A DNA stretch of 64,000 nt, taken from NCBI GenBank assembly GCA_036556695.1, contig DATBIY010000006.1, positions 22,231 to 86,230 on the forward strand. Direction: 5' to 3'. Source of the stretch: Candidatus Limnocylindria bacterium (GTDB lineage Bacteria > Chloroflexota > Limnocylindria > QHBO01). Positions 29,467 to 38,638 of the stretch are shown here, piece after piece (the stretch's first letter is position 1; each line of letters begins with the position of its first letter). The notes under the pieces were generated by a model that searched no databases, was not told where the DNA came from, and worked only from the letters and a program-made list of their open reading frames with translations. The translations under genes were made by a program, and so were the position numbers.

Positions 29467-30153
29467 TCAGTCGGACAGCGGCAGGCGAAGGATCAGGGCC
29501 AGCGTCGGGCGAGCACGCGGCTCGGCCGGAATGATCGGCGCCCGCAGCCACGCCGCGCCGGCCGGCCCTTCGCGATATCGGGCAGACAGCTGCCGCGCCG
29601 ACAGCCCGTCGATGCCCAGGCTGGCCAGCGCCTCCGCGACCAGTGTCCCGTCGCCGGTGTAACCGCGGCCGGCGACCACTCGATCGCCGTCGGCCAGCAG
29701 CGCTCCCAGCCAGCGGCGCCGCACGCGGAACGAGCGACGGGTCACCGGCTCGCCGCCGGCCCACAGCAGGTCGCTGGCCACGTACGCCGGACGGCCGGCA
29801 TCTGCCTGGCCGTCCAGGCGGGCACGCAGCAGCGCGGGATCCGGCCGGCCGTCGTCGTCCAGCACCAGCAGCGTGCCGTCCAGCACCACCCCATCCTCGC
29901 CCAGCTGTCCCAGCAGCTCACTCAGCTCGGGAAAGGTGGCGGTGGCATCGGCCAGGCCGTCCGCCTGCAGGCGGAGCCGCCCTCGCTCGGCCAGGGCGAA
30001 GGCGCGGATGCCCGGCCACCACGGCTCGAAAAAGTAGCCGGCGTCGTCGAACGGGGCGTCGACCTGGGTGGCCTGCATCGGCACGATGCGCGACGGCAAG
30101 CGCGCCGGGCGGTCCTCCGGCGGAACGGGCAGCGGCAGCTGCTCCGGGGGCAC
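29467..30153 (-). CDS. LigD-ligase-domain homologue with degenerate catalytic motifs (predicted inactive pseudo-ligase), encoded immediately downstream of Ku
   Basis: Collinear with the LigD nucleotidyltransferase domain (PMQATQVD...FFEPWWPGIRAFA...DGTLLVLD...GIDGLSAR...AWLRAP). Motif I KxDG is WxPG here, motif IV K is R and motif V K is R. Confidence 0.65.
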   Translation of the reverse strand: MPPEQLPLPVPPEDRPARLPSRIVPMQATQVDAPFDDAGYFFEPWWPGIRAFALAERGRLRLQADGLADATATFPELSELLGQLGEDGVVLDGTLLVLDDDGRPDPALLRARLDGQADAGRPAYVASDLLWAGGEPVTRRSFRVRRRWLGALLADGDRVVAGRGYTGDGTLVAEALASLGIDGLSARQLSARYREGPAGAAWLRAPIIPAEPRARPTLALILRLPLSD

Positions 30154-30159
30154 GCTGCC

Positions 30160-31068
30160 TCAGGCGGTCTTGCGGCGTCGCGCCGCCGGCGCCTCCTCTT
30201 CCGAGTCCTTGGCCTTGCGGCGGCCGGCGGTCTTCTTGGCGGTTGACTTGGCCGGCTTCTCCTCCGCCTCCCCGCCGCTGCGGCGCGACTCGCGGGCCGC
30301 AGCCACGCTGGCCTCCAGGGCGGCCATCAGGTCGCCGATCTTGGTGGGCTCGGTCTTGCGCGCCGGCTCCGGCTTCTGTCCGGCGATCTTGGCCTCGATG
30401 ACCTGCATCAGGGCCTCGCGGTACTCGTCGTGCTCCTCGGATGGATCGAACTCGCCGCTCATCGAGGAGACCAACTGCTCCGCCATCTTGCGCTCGCTGG
30501 CCTTGATCTCGATCTCGTCCTCGGGCAGATTCAGCTCCTCGAGCGAGCGGATCTCGTCGGGCCAGTGGAGCGTGGTGAGAAGCATCGTCTTGCTGAACGG
30601 GTTCAGTGCGGCCAGCTGCTCCCGGTCCTTGAGGACGATCTTGCAGATGGCGGTCTTGCCGGTCTCGGCCAGCACTGACTTGAGCAGGTAGAAGGCCTTG
30701 CGGCCGACCTCATCGGGCTCCAGGTAGTAGGCCTGCTTGACGAAGCGGGCGCCCTTCTCCTCGGCCTGATCCTCGTCGACGAAGGCCTCGATTTCGATGG
30801 ACCGCACGGTCTTGAGCGGCACCGACTCGAGGTCCTCCTCGGTAATGACCACGTACTTGCCCTTCGACCACTCGTAGCCGCGCACAGTCTCCGAGCGCGG
30901 GATGACCTCATCGTCCTCGGGGCAATAGATCTTCATCTGGATCCGGCTCAGATCCTTCTTGTGCAGCAGGTTGAAGCCGATGCCACCCGATTCGGTGGCC
31001 AGGTACAGCTTCACCGGGATCGTCACCAGCCCGAACTGGATGGCCCCCCGCCACATGGATCGCGCCAT
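30160..31068 (-). CDS. ku: Ku protein (non-homologous end joining)
   Basis: MARSMWRGAIQFGLVTIPVKLY... is the canonical bacterial Ku N-terminus, followed by a Lys/Ala-rich C-terminal tail. Confidence 0.9.
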   Translation of the reverse strand: MARSMWRGAIQFGLVTIPVKLYLATESGGIGFNLLHKKDLSRIQMKIYCPEDDEVIPRSETVRGYEWSKGKYVVITEEDLESVPLKTVRSIEIEAFVDEDQAEEKGARFVKQAYYLEPDEVGRKAFYLLKSVLAETGKTAICKIVLKDREQLAALNPFSKTMLLTTLHWPDEIRSLEELNLPEDEIEIKASERKMAEQLVSSMSGEFDPSEEHDEYREALMQVIEAKIAGQKPEPARKTEPTKIGDLMAALEASVAAARESRRSGGEAEEKPAKSTAKKTAGRRKAKDSEEEAPAARRRKTA

Positions 31069-31204
31069 TCAAACTCCTCCGCCCGGGCGACCGCTCCGCG
31101 CCGGGGCGCCATGCTACACCTGCCTCGCAAAAGGGCCTGCCAAGCGGCTCGGCTAGGACCATCCCGTCATTGTTCGCACTGCCTTCCGTACCCAGACTGC
31201 AGGC

Positions 31205-31627
31205 ATGAGCGAGCCGACCGCAAGCCCCGTGCCGGCGCTGACCCCCGACGCGGAAGAGCAGCGTGCCTACGTCCTGGAGGACGATCCGGATATCGCCGCG
31301 CTCGAGGCCGACATCCTGCGGGATCTGGGCTTCAGCGTGGTGATCTGCACGCGGATCGTCGAGCTGGGCGATCTGATGGCGCTCGGCCTGCCGCACCTGC
31401 TGGTGGTGGACGTCATGCTGCCCGATGGAGACGGCGGCGACATCACCGAGCTGCTGCGCAACGCCTGGCCGGGCATCCCGGTCGTGTTCGTCTCCGCCGC
31501 GAGCCGCGAACGCCTGGCGGAGCTGGCGCCGACCGGCCCGGTCGTGGCCAAGCCTTTCGATATCGAGGCCTTCAGCGCCGCTGTCCTGGACGCGGTTGCC
31601 GCGCCACGCGCGCTGCGCAGCGCCTAG
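31205..31627 (+). CDS. Stand-alone response-regulator receiver domain protein (CheY-like)
   Basis: DD pocket (LEDDPD), phospho-acceptor Asp (VVDVMLPDGDG), conserved T/S (VVFVSAAS) and Lys (VAKPF). No output domain. Confidence 0.7.
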   Translation: MSEPTASPVPALTPDAEEQRAYVLEDDPDIAALEADILRDLGFSVVICTRIVELGDLMALGLPHLLVVDVMLPDGDGGDITELLRNAWPGIPVVFVSAASRERLAELAPTGPVVAKPFDIEAFSAAVLDAVAAPRALRSA

Positions 31628-32133
31628 GGCGTGGCCGCGCCCAAGGCACGGCCGCCGGCGGGGCCGGTGACCACCACCAAACCGCTCTCATTCGTTCCGT
31701 CTTCGGGGCGCTGGACGAGGTAGCGATGCTCGATGTGCACCGACGCCGACAGCATGGCGCTCACCGGGCAGTAGGCCGTGGCCGACAGCTCGATCGAGCG
31801 CCGCACCGCCTCCACCGTCATCGCTCCCACCAGGCGGTGCTCGATCACGATCGAGGTGAAGACCTGCGGGTGCTCATCGCGCTTCTCGGCGGTGGCGTGA
31901 ATCTGGTAGCCGAGGAACGGCTGCCGCTTCTTGCGCAGGATGCTGGCCACGTCCATGGCAGTGCAGGCCATCAGCGCCGCCAGCACGGTCTCGGTTGGAC
32001 TGGCGGCCACGCCGCCCTCGGCCACCGGCGCGCTGTCGAAGCCCATCGCGAATCCGGAGCCGCTGACCGCCTCGACGCGCAGGCCCTCGTCCGGGTTGAC
32101 GAAGGTGCCATGGGCGGTGACCTGGGTGGGCAT
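31624..32133 (-). CDS. osmC: OsmC/Ohr-family peroxiredoxin-like protein
   Basis: OsmC fold with two conserved Cys (ALMACTAMD...ATAYCPVSAM). Confidence 0.75.
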   Translation of the reverse strand: MPTQVTAHGTFVNPDEGLRVEAVSGSGFAMGFDSAPVAEGGVAASPTETVLAALMACTAMDVASILRKKRQPFLGYQIHATAEKRDEHPQVFTSIVIEHRLVGAMTVEAVRRSIELSATAYCPVSAMLSASVHIEHRYLVQRPEDGTNESGLVVVTGPAGGRALGAATP

Positions 32134-32912
32134 TGCGGGAGCCTAGCAGCGGGGGCGGCGCAGTGCGGCTGATCCGGCCGGCCGATATCTCCCCGCGACG
32201 CCGCTGGGCGCTGGCTCTCGCACTGGGCATGCTGTTGGTCGGCGGTGTGGCGGTGGCGCTGATGGGCCTGCTGCCGGATACCGGCGTCAACGGCATCGCC
32301 GCGCTGGGCATCGCGGGGGCGCTGGCCATTGGCGTGGGCGTCGGATGGCTGACCCGGGCCACGTCCTTCGGACGGCGACGGGAGGGAGATGACCTGGCCA
32401 CGCTGCTTTCGCCGGCGTTCGACGACAGCTACGTCCTGATCCTGTCTCCCAGGCTGCCGGACGTTCCCAAGGATCTGGCCGCCCTGCTCATCGGGCCGGC
32501 CGGCGTGCGCGCGCTCATCGCCCGCCGCTGGCGCGGCCGCTATCGCGTGCGGGGCCGTGCCTGGGAGTACGACACCAGATCACGCAGTGGCTGGATCCCC
32601 TGCCGCACCAACCCCTCGTTCGAGGCCGATGCGGTCGCAGATGCCGTCGTTACCTGGACACGCAGCGCGGTGGAAGATCCCGGAATACGCGTTGTGCCTG
32701 CCGTGGCCTTCCCACGGAAGGAGAGCGTCATCGTCCTGGAGGAGCCGGACGGCGAGATCGTGACCAGCGACAACGCGCCGTGGTGGGCGCAGCGCATCGG
32801 GCGGGTCCAGCGTTTGGACGCCCAGCGCGCCGCCCGGCTGGTGAGCGCCGTGATCGACGCGGGTGACCAGCTCGCCACGCGCTCCGCGCCGGTGCCGCAA
32901 CGAGCGGGTTGA
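32133..32912 (+). CDS. Hypothetical membrane protein with a possible degenerate NERD (nuclease-related) domain
   Basis: Two N-terminal TM helices. The soluble part resembles the NERD layout (LLIGPAGVRALIARRWRG...W...NP...), but the acidic/Lys positions are replaced, so the assignment is tentative. Confidence 0.4.
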   Translation: MREPSSGGGAVRLIRPADISPRRRWALALALGMLLVGGVAVALMGLLPDTGVNGIAALGIAGALAIGVGVGWLTRATSFGRRREGDDLATLLSPAFDDSYVLILSPRLPDVPKDLAALLIGPAGVRALIARRWRGRYRVRGRAWEYDTRSRSGWIPCRTNPSFEADAVADAVVTWTRSAVEDPGIRVVPAVAFPRKESVIVLEEPDGEIVTSDNAPWWAQRIGRVQRLDAQRAARLVSAVIDAGDQLATRSAPVPQRAG

Positions 32913-32913
32913 G

Positions 32914-33531
32914 CTAGCTCCCCTCACCCTCGCGCGCCTGCTGCAGCCAGCGCTCGGCGGTGGCGCTGTCCAGCACATCGGCCAGCAGCTCGTCGGGGAG
33001 CTCGTCGTCGGTGACCAGGATGATGTGCGAGCGCGCGCGCTGGAAGGCCACCGCGGCGGCAGTGCGACCCAGCTCGGGGTGCGCGCCGCAGGCGATGGTC
33101 ACCTCGGTCATCGGCATGAATCGGTCGCTGGCGTTCAGCACCCCGTCCACCGGTCGACTGCCCTGCGGGACGTGGATGGTGCCGGTGATGCGAAACGGTG
33201 GGATGCCCACCTGCGCTCGTACCGCGCGCTTCGGGATGCGCATCTCTGTCCGGGCCGCGCCTTCGGCTGCCTCGGCAGCGATCACCAGCAGCACCTTGTC
33301 GAGGTCGACCAGCACCTGCATGGCCGATACCGTGGCCGTCGCATCGGCATACTCGCTGACGGTGGCCTCCGCTACCGCCAGGTGGCTGGAAGACCCTGAC
33401 GTTTGGTTGACGATATCGGCCACCCGGCTGAAGCGCGTGGCCGTCTTGCCCGAGACGCGGTACGCGTCGGTATAGACGTCGATGGGCACCGCCTCGGGTG
33501 ACGAGGCGGCGAAGGGATCGAAGCCGCTCAT
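32914..33531 (-). CDS. Hypothetical protein
   Basis: 205-aa ORF with coding periodicity, convergent with the preceding gene. No recognisable motif. Confidence 0.4.
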   Translation of the reverse strand: MSGFDPFAASSPEAVPIDVYTDAYRVSGKTATRFSRVADIVNQTSGSSSHLAVAEATVSEYADATATVSAMQVLVDLDKVLLVIAAEAAEGAARTEMRIPKRAVRAQVGIPPFRITGTIHVPQGSRPVDGVLNASDRFMPMTEVTIACGAHPELGRTAAAVAFQRARSHIILVTDDELPDELLADVLDSATAERWLQQAREGEGS

Positions 33532-33551
33532 ACCCCGATGCTACCCCATGG

Positions 33552-35279
33552 TCAGCTGCTCTCCGGCCCCTCGCCGGTGGCCGCGATGCGCTCCGTCTCT
33601 CCGCCGCTTCCGCGCGCCAGCAGGATGCGACCGGTGGCCTGCTCTCTGAACAGCGCCTCCACCGTGCCCAGCGTGTCGATGTCGGCCGGCGTCTTGTCGT
33701 CGCGGATGCGCACGATGCGCGGGAAGCGCATGGCGAAGCCCGACTTGTGGCGGTTCGAGCGCAAGATCCGGTCGAAGGCGATCTCGACCACCACCTCGGG
33801 GTGCACCGTGCGGTAGCGGCCGAAGTCGCGCAGCGTGATCGACGTGAAGCGCTCGGTCATGGTCGCGATCTCGGCATCGGTCAGGCCGGTGTAGGCCTTG
33901 CCGATGGTCAGCAGCGGCGCATCGGCCTCCTCCGAGGCGCGGACGGAGAAGGTGTAGTCCGACAGGACGTTGCGCCGCTTGCCGTGGCCCCATTCCACGC
34001 CCACCACCACGCAGTCCAGGGTGGCCAGCGCCTTCTTCAGCTTCAGCCAACCAAGGCCGCGGCGGCCGGGCTGGTAGACCGAGTCCGGGTCCTTGACCAT
34101 CAGGCCCTCGTTGTGTCGCTCGCGCGCGTCGGCGAAGTGGCGCTCCACCTCATCCGCGCTGCGGGCCGTCGCCAGGTTCGAGAGCAGGAAGCGCTCCCCG
34201 CTGCGGCCGGGCAGGTCCAGCCCCTCCAGCGCGGCGCGGCGCTGGCGCAGCGGCGTCTCCAGCAGGTCGTTGCCGTCGAGGTGCAGCAGGTCGAAGGCGA
34301 CCAGCACCACCGGCACCTGTTCCAGCAGCTCCGGCCCCGGATTCACGCGGCCCAGGCGGGTCTGCAGGCTGGCGAAGTCCATGACCGATCCCGCCCGATA
34401 CGGCACCAGCTCGCCATCGATCACCAGCCGATGGTCCAGCGTGGCAGCGGCCGATGCCACCTCCGGGAAGGAGATGGTGATGTCGTTCAGGTCGCGGCTG
34501 AACAGCCGTGCCCGGCCGTTGGCCAGATGCAGCTGTGCGCGGATGCCGTCGTACTTGTCCTCGATCCAGGCCTCGTCGCCCACCCGCCGCATCACCTCGT
34601 CCGCGTCGGCGACCGGCGTGGCCAGCATGAAGCGGATCGGCCGTCCCAGGTGCAGGGCGGCCGTGGCCAGCGCGTCATTCCGCGCCAGGACCGCCGCCTC
34701 GCCGGGCTCGCCCACCAGCATGAGGGCACGGCGCACGTCGTCGACGGGCCGCTCGAAGGCGGCAGCGATTGCCTCCTCCAGCAGCCCCTCGCGCAGGCCG
34801 ATGCGCAGCTCGCGGGCGGCGATTCGGCCGATGTAGCGCGCCTCGCCGGGCGTGGCCCGCGCGTAGAGGCGAGCCATCTCGGTCACCCGCGCCTCAGCCG
34901 ACTGCGCCTCGCTCATGCCGCGGAACGCGCGGTCGACGTCGCTGACGCTCAGTGGCGGCGGCGTGGGCGAGCGGCTCGTCAGCAGGTCGGCGGCGGCATC
35001 CCCAAGGTCCGAGTGGCGCAGGTAGGCCGAGTTCAGCGCCTCCGCAGCGGCTCCTGAGGCGGCGGCCAGGGCCTGGCTCTGCTGCACCCAGCCCAGCCCC
35101 AGGCGGTCCTGCGCCCCGGGCAGCGGCCGTCCCGCGAAGAAGGTTGCCGCGGCCGGTAGGACGGCAGCGGGAAGCGCTCGCAGGTAGGCCGCCAGCAAGT
35201 CGCGCTTCTTCAGCTTGGAGGTGGTGGCCGCCACGTCATCGGCAACGCGGGCGAACTCGGCGAACGTGGCGGCAGCCAT
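33552..35279 (-). CDS. lig: ATP-dependent DNA ligase (LigB/LigC type), catalytically intact
   Basis: Motif I EDKYDGIRAQLH with the catalytic Lys, motif III (LVIDGELV), motif IV (EGLMVK) and motif V (WLKLKK). Start is probably the internal Met (MAAATFAEF...), giving a 35-nt divergent intergenic region with the next gene. Confidence 0.85.
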   Translation of the reverse strand: MAAATFAEFARVADDVAATTSKLKKRDLLAAYLRALPAAVLPAAATFFAGRPLPGAQDRLGLGWVQQSQALAAASGAAAEALNSAYLRHSDLGDAAADLLTSRSPTPPPLSVSDVDRAFRGMSEAQSAEARVTEMARLYARATPGEARYIGRIAARELRIGLREGLLEEAIAAAFERPVDDVRRALMLVGEPGEAAVLARNDALATAALHLGRPIRFMLATPVADADEVMRRVGDEAWIEDKYDGIRAQLHLANGRARLFSRDLNDITISFPEVASAAATLDHRLVIDGELVPYRAGSVMDFASLQTRLGRVNPGPELLEQVPVVLVAFDLLHLDGNDLLETPLRQRRAALEGLDLPGRSGERFLLSNLATARSADEVERHFADARERHNEGLMVKDPDSVYQPGRRGLGWLKLKKALATLDCVVVGVEWGHGKRRNVLSDYTFSVRASEEADAPLLTIGKAYTGLTDAEIATMTERFTSITLRDFGRYRTVHPEVVVEIAFDRILRSNRHKSGFAMRFPRIVRIRDDKTPADIDTLGTVEALFREQATGRILLARGSGGETERIAATGEGPESS

Positions 35280-35314
35280 GGGATCGAGTCTAGCGGCGTG
35301 TACGATCCGGGCCG

Positions 35315-37648
35315 ATGCAGACCGTGGGCGTCCTCCACGCGGATCCACCGGCCCTGACGCCCGAGCGTGCCGCCGAGCTGGCGCTCGAGCTGTACGGCGT
35401 CAGCGCCAGCACGCGGATGCTGGTCAGCGAGCGGGACCAGAACTTCCGGCTGGATGCAGACGACGGCAGCCGCTGGGTTCTCAAGGTCTCGAACGCGGCC
35501 GAGGACCCGGCCGTGGTCGAGATGGAGGTGGCTGCCGTGGAGCACGTGGCCGCCATGGACCCCACGCTCCCGGTGCCACGTGCGCGCCCCGCCCGCTCCG
35601 GGGAGCTGGTGGCGGTGGCGCGGGAGGGCGGCGCCACGCACCGCGTGCGGCTGCTGCCCTTCTTCGAGGGTCGTTCCGCAGCGCCCGGGGAGCTGGACGC
35701 CATGGCCATTCGGGCGATTGGCCATGCGACGGCCCGCGTTAGCCACGCGCTGCGCGGCTTCTTCCACCCGGCCGCCGGCCGGGTGATGCCGTGGGACCAG
35801 AAGCAGATCCTGCCCGAGCTGGCGCAGCACGCCGACCGCATCACCGACCCACGACGCAGGGCGCTGCTCGACCGCTTCCTGCGGCGCTTCGAGGACCGCG
35901 TGGCGCCCGCGCTGCCCCAGCTGCGGTCGCAGGTCATCCACAACGACGTGACCCTGGACAACCTGCTGCTCGACGACGCGGACCGGATCAGCGGGATCAT
36001 CGACTTCGGCGACATGGTGCACACCGCCACCGTGCTCGACGTGCCCGCCACGCTGCAGTCGCTGGTGCGGCACCGTGACGACCTGTTCGAGGTCTCCGGC
36101 TGGTTCCTCCCCGGGTTCACCTCGATCGTGCCGCTCGAAGCCGATGCGGCGGAGCTGCTGGCCGACCTGATGGCCGGCCGCATGGTGCAGACCATCCTCA
36201 TCTCCGCCTGGCGGACGGAGCAGTTCCCGGACAACGCCTACATCACCGGCTGGCAGGAGCCGGCCTGGACGCTGCTCGAGGGCATGGAGCGCACCGGCAT
36301 GGATGCCGCCGCGCGGCGGCTGGCCCAGATGGCCATGGCCCCCGCCCTGCGTGCCAGCGCGGCTCCTCCACCTGACGCCGAGCTGGCTGCGCGGCGAGCT
36401 GGCGTGCTGGGGCCAGCACTCGAGCGGCTGAGCTACGCGCGGCCGCTGCACCTGGTCCGCGGCCAGGGTGCCTGGATGTTCGACGCCGAGGGGCGCGCCT
36501 ACCTGGATGCCTACAACAACGTGCCGGTGGTCGGCCACGCCCACCGACGGGTGGCCGATGCCATCGCCCGCCAGGCGGCGACCCTCAACACCAACACCCG
36601 TTACCTGCACGCCGCCATCGTCGAGCTGGCGCAGCGGATCGTCGCCTCGATGCCCGACGGCTTGGACACGGTGATGTTCGTGAACTCGGGCAGCGAGGCG
36701 AACGACCTGGCCTGGCGGCTGGCGACCACCGCGAGCGGCGGCGACGCGGGCCTGGTCGCGGACTGGGCCTACCACGGCGTGACCGCGGCCATCGCCGATT
36801 TCTCCCCGTCCGAGTGGCCGCGCGGCGCGCGGCCGGCGGGCGTCGAGACCTTTCCTGCGCCAGACACCTTCCGCGGGCCCTACGCCCAGGCCGCGGACCC
36901 GGCCGCGGTGGCGCGCGACGAGATGGCGGCCGCCCTGGCGCGGCTGGCTGAGCGTGGCCGGCGGCCGGCGGCGCTGTTCATTGATGCGTTCTGGACCTCG
37001 TCCGGCATCTTCGCACCGGCGGCCGCAACCGTGGCCGAGCTGATCCGCGAGGCGCGACGGGCCGGCGCGCTGTACGTGGCCGACGAGGTGCAGTCCGGCC
37101 ACGGCCGCAGCGGCGACGGGCTGTGGACCTTTCCGGCCTGGGGTGTGACGCCGGACGTGGTCACCATGGGCAAGCCGATGGGCAACGGGCATCCGGTGGC
37201 GGCGGTGGTCACCCGCACCGACATCGCCGAACGTCTGGCGGCGACGACGACCTTCTTCAGCACGTTCGGCGGCAACCCGGTGGCCTGCGTGGCGGCGCTT
37301 TCAGTGCTTGACGTGGTCGAGGACGAGGACCTCGTCGCCCACGCCGCAAGCGTGGGGGCGACGCTGCGCGAGGGCCTGGCAGCGCTGGCCGGGCGCCATC
37401 CGCAGATCGGCGACGTGCGCGGCCGTGGGCTGATCGTGGGCGTCGAGCTGGTGGAGCGGGACGGTGCGCCCGCCGGCGAGCTGGCGCGAGCGGTACGCGA
37501 CCGGATGCGCGAGGAAGGGGTGCTCATCGGCACCACCCGGCGCGAGGGCAACGTGCTGAAGATCCGGCCGCCGCTGGTGATCAGCCCGGACGACGCCGAC
37601 CTCATCGTGACGACCCTGGATCGCGTGCTGGCCGCGCTCGCCGGCTGA
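35315..37648 (+). CDS. Bifunctional-type fusion: N-terminal APH-like phosphotransferase (hydroxylysine-kinase-like) and C-terminal class-III PLP aminotransferase fold (phospho-lyase/aminotransferase-like)
   Basis: Kinase Brenner motif HNDVTLDNLLL and DFGDM. Aminotransferase class III motifs (SGSEANDLAWRLA, DEVQSGHGRSG, PLP Lys in TMGKPMGNGHP). Confidence 0.75.
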   Translation: MQTVGVLHADPPALTPERAAELALELYGVSASTRMLVSERDQNFRLDADDGSRWVLKVSNAAEDPAVVEMEVAAVEHVAAMDPTLPVPRARPARSGELVAVAREGGATHRVRLLPFFEGRSAAPGELDAMAIRAIGHATARVSHALRGFFHPAAGRVMPWDQKQILPELAQHADRITDPRRRALLDRFLRRFEDRVAPALPQLRSQVIHNDVTLDNLLLDDADRISGIIDFGDMVHTATVLDVPATLQSLVRHRDDLFEVSGWFLPGFTSIVPLEADAAELLADLMAGRMVQTILISAWRTEQFPDNAYITGWQEPAWTLLEGMERTGMDAAARRLAQMAMAPALRASAAPPPDAELAARRAGVLGPALERLSYARPLHLVRGQGAWMFDAEGRAYLDAYNNVPVVGHAHRRVADAIARQAATLNTNTRYLHAAIVELAQRIVASMPDGLDTVMFVNSGSEANDLAWRLATTASGGDAGLVADWAYHGVTAAIADFSPSEWPRGARPAGVETFPAPDTFRGPYAQAADPAAVARDEMAAALARLAERGRRPAALFIDAFWTSSGIFAPAAATVAELIREARRAGALYVADEVQSGHGRSGDGLWTFPAWGVTPDVVTMGKPMGNGHPVAAVVTRTDIAERLAATTTFFSTFGGNPVACVAALSVLDVVEDEDLVAHAASVGATLREGLAALAGRHPQIGDVRGRGLIVGVELVERDGAPAGELARAVRDRMREEGVLIGTTRREGNVLKIRPPLVISPDDADLIVTTLDRVLAALAG

Positions 37649-37660
37649 GCGGCGCGCGGG

Positions 37661-37918
37661 CTACTCCAGCTCGCTCTCCAACTGCTTGGCGCGCTCCACC
37701 AGCTCGGCCACGCGCCGTCCGCCCTTGCGCCCGATCTCCTGGAAGTGCTCCGACGGATAGCGCTGGCTGACCGCCTTGCCGCCCTTGTGGCCGATCTCGG
37801 CGAAGAACTCGGCGCCGTAGCGCGCCCGGGTGGCACGGCCGCCCTTGCGGCCGGCGTCGCGCACGCTCATCGGCTCGGCTTTGCGCCGAACCTGGGGCTC
37901 GCCATTGTCATCGTTCAC
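37661..37918 (-). CDS. KGG-repeat general stress protein (YciG/GsiB-like)
   Basis: Repeated GRKGG/HKGGK motifs. Start may be the internal Met (MSVRDAGRKGG). Confidence 0.65.
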   Translation of the reverse strand: MNDDNGEPQVRRKAEPMSVRDAGRKGGRATRARYGAEFFAEIGHKGGKAVSQRYPSEHFQEIGRKGGRRVAELVERAKQLESELE

Positions 37919-37990
37919 GCTCGGCGGCGGTGTGCAGGATGCGTGCCCGAATTCCGGCCGAGCAAGGGCCGGAGGCTAGAATGCCGGCCC

Positions 37991-38302
37991 ATGCACCCCC
38001 TCGCGCGCAATCTCGTCATCGGCCTGGTGGGCCTCATCGTTGCCGGCGGCCTGGCCGCGGTGGCCGTCCTCGGGCGCGACTCGTCGATGTCCGTGCTGGC
38101 GATGCTGGGTGCCGGGCTGGTGTCCGCGGCGGTGGGCATCTTCCTGTTCGTGCAGGGCTGGGTCTGGTCGCAGCGTGCGTATCGAGACGGCTACGCCGGC
38201 CGCTCGGTGGCCATCGCCCTGGGCGGCGGGCTGATGATCGTGCTGGCCGCGGTCGCGCTGGCCGGCACCGTCATCCTGGTGCTGGTGTTCTACGCGCGCT
38301 AG
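37991..38302 (+). CDS. Small membrane protein (three TM helices)
   Basis: Met start MHPLARNLVIGLVGLIV.... The track ORF 37745-38302 has an Arg/Ala-rich, unlikely N-terminal extension. Confidence 0.5.
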   Translation: MHPLARNLVIGLVGLIVAGGLAAVAVLGRDSSMSVLAMLGAGLVSAAVGIFLFVQGWVWSQRAYRDGYAGRSVAIALGGGLMIVLAAVALAGTVILVLVFYAR

Positions 38303-38364
38303 CCACGCCGTCGGCTGGGGTTCACACCAGGCTGCGCTACCATCACGCGGCGGCTGATCGCAGA

Positions 38365-38441
38365 GCCCCCATCGTCTAGAGGCCTAGGACGCCACCCTTT
38401 CAAGGTGGAGATCACCGGTTCGAATCCGGTTGGGGGCACCA
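38365..38441 (+). tRNA. tRNA-Glu (anticodon TTC), CCA encoded
   Basis: GCCCCCA acceptor stem paired with TGGGGGC. Anticodon stem CCACC/GGTGG around loop CTTTCAA, T-arm GGTTCGAATCC, discriminator A then CCA. Confidence 0.85.
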
Positions 38442-38458
38442 GGCCCTCGGCACAGCCT

Positions 38459-38638
38459 TCAGATGTGGTTGATCTCTACCCGATCCCCGCAGTCCGGGCA
38501 GTAGAGCAGCAGCAGCTTCGGATCATCCGGCGTCGGCCGCCACGAGTACACGTCGGCCTCGGTCACGCGCTCGCCGCAGCGTGGGCATTCCACGCCCAGC
38601 GCCAGCCACTGGTCGCGCGGCACGTTCTGGCGCCCCAT
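38459..38638 (-). CDS. Small zinc-ribbon protein (CPxCG...CPDCG)
   Basis: MGRQNVPRDQWLALGVECPRCGERV...YCPDCGDRVEINHI. Start overlaps the upstream gene's stop (ATGA). Confidence 0.5.
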   Translation of the reverse strand: MGRQNVPRDQWLALGVECPRCGERVTEADVYSWRPTPDDPKLLLLYCPDCGDRVEINHI

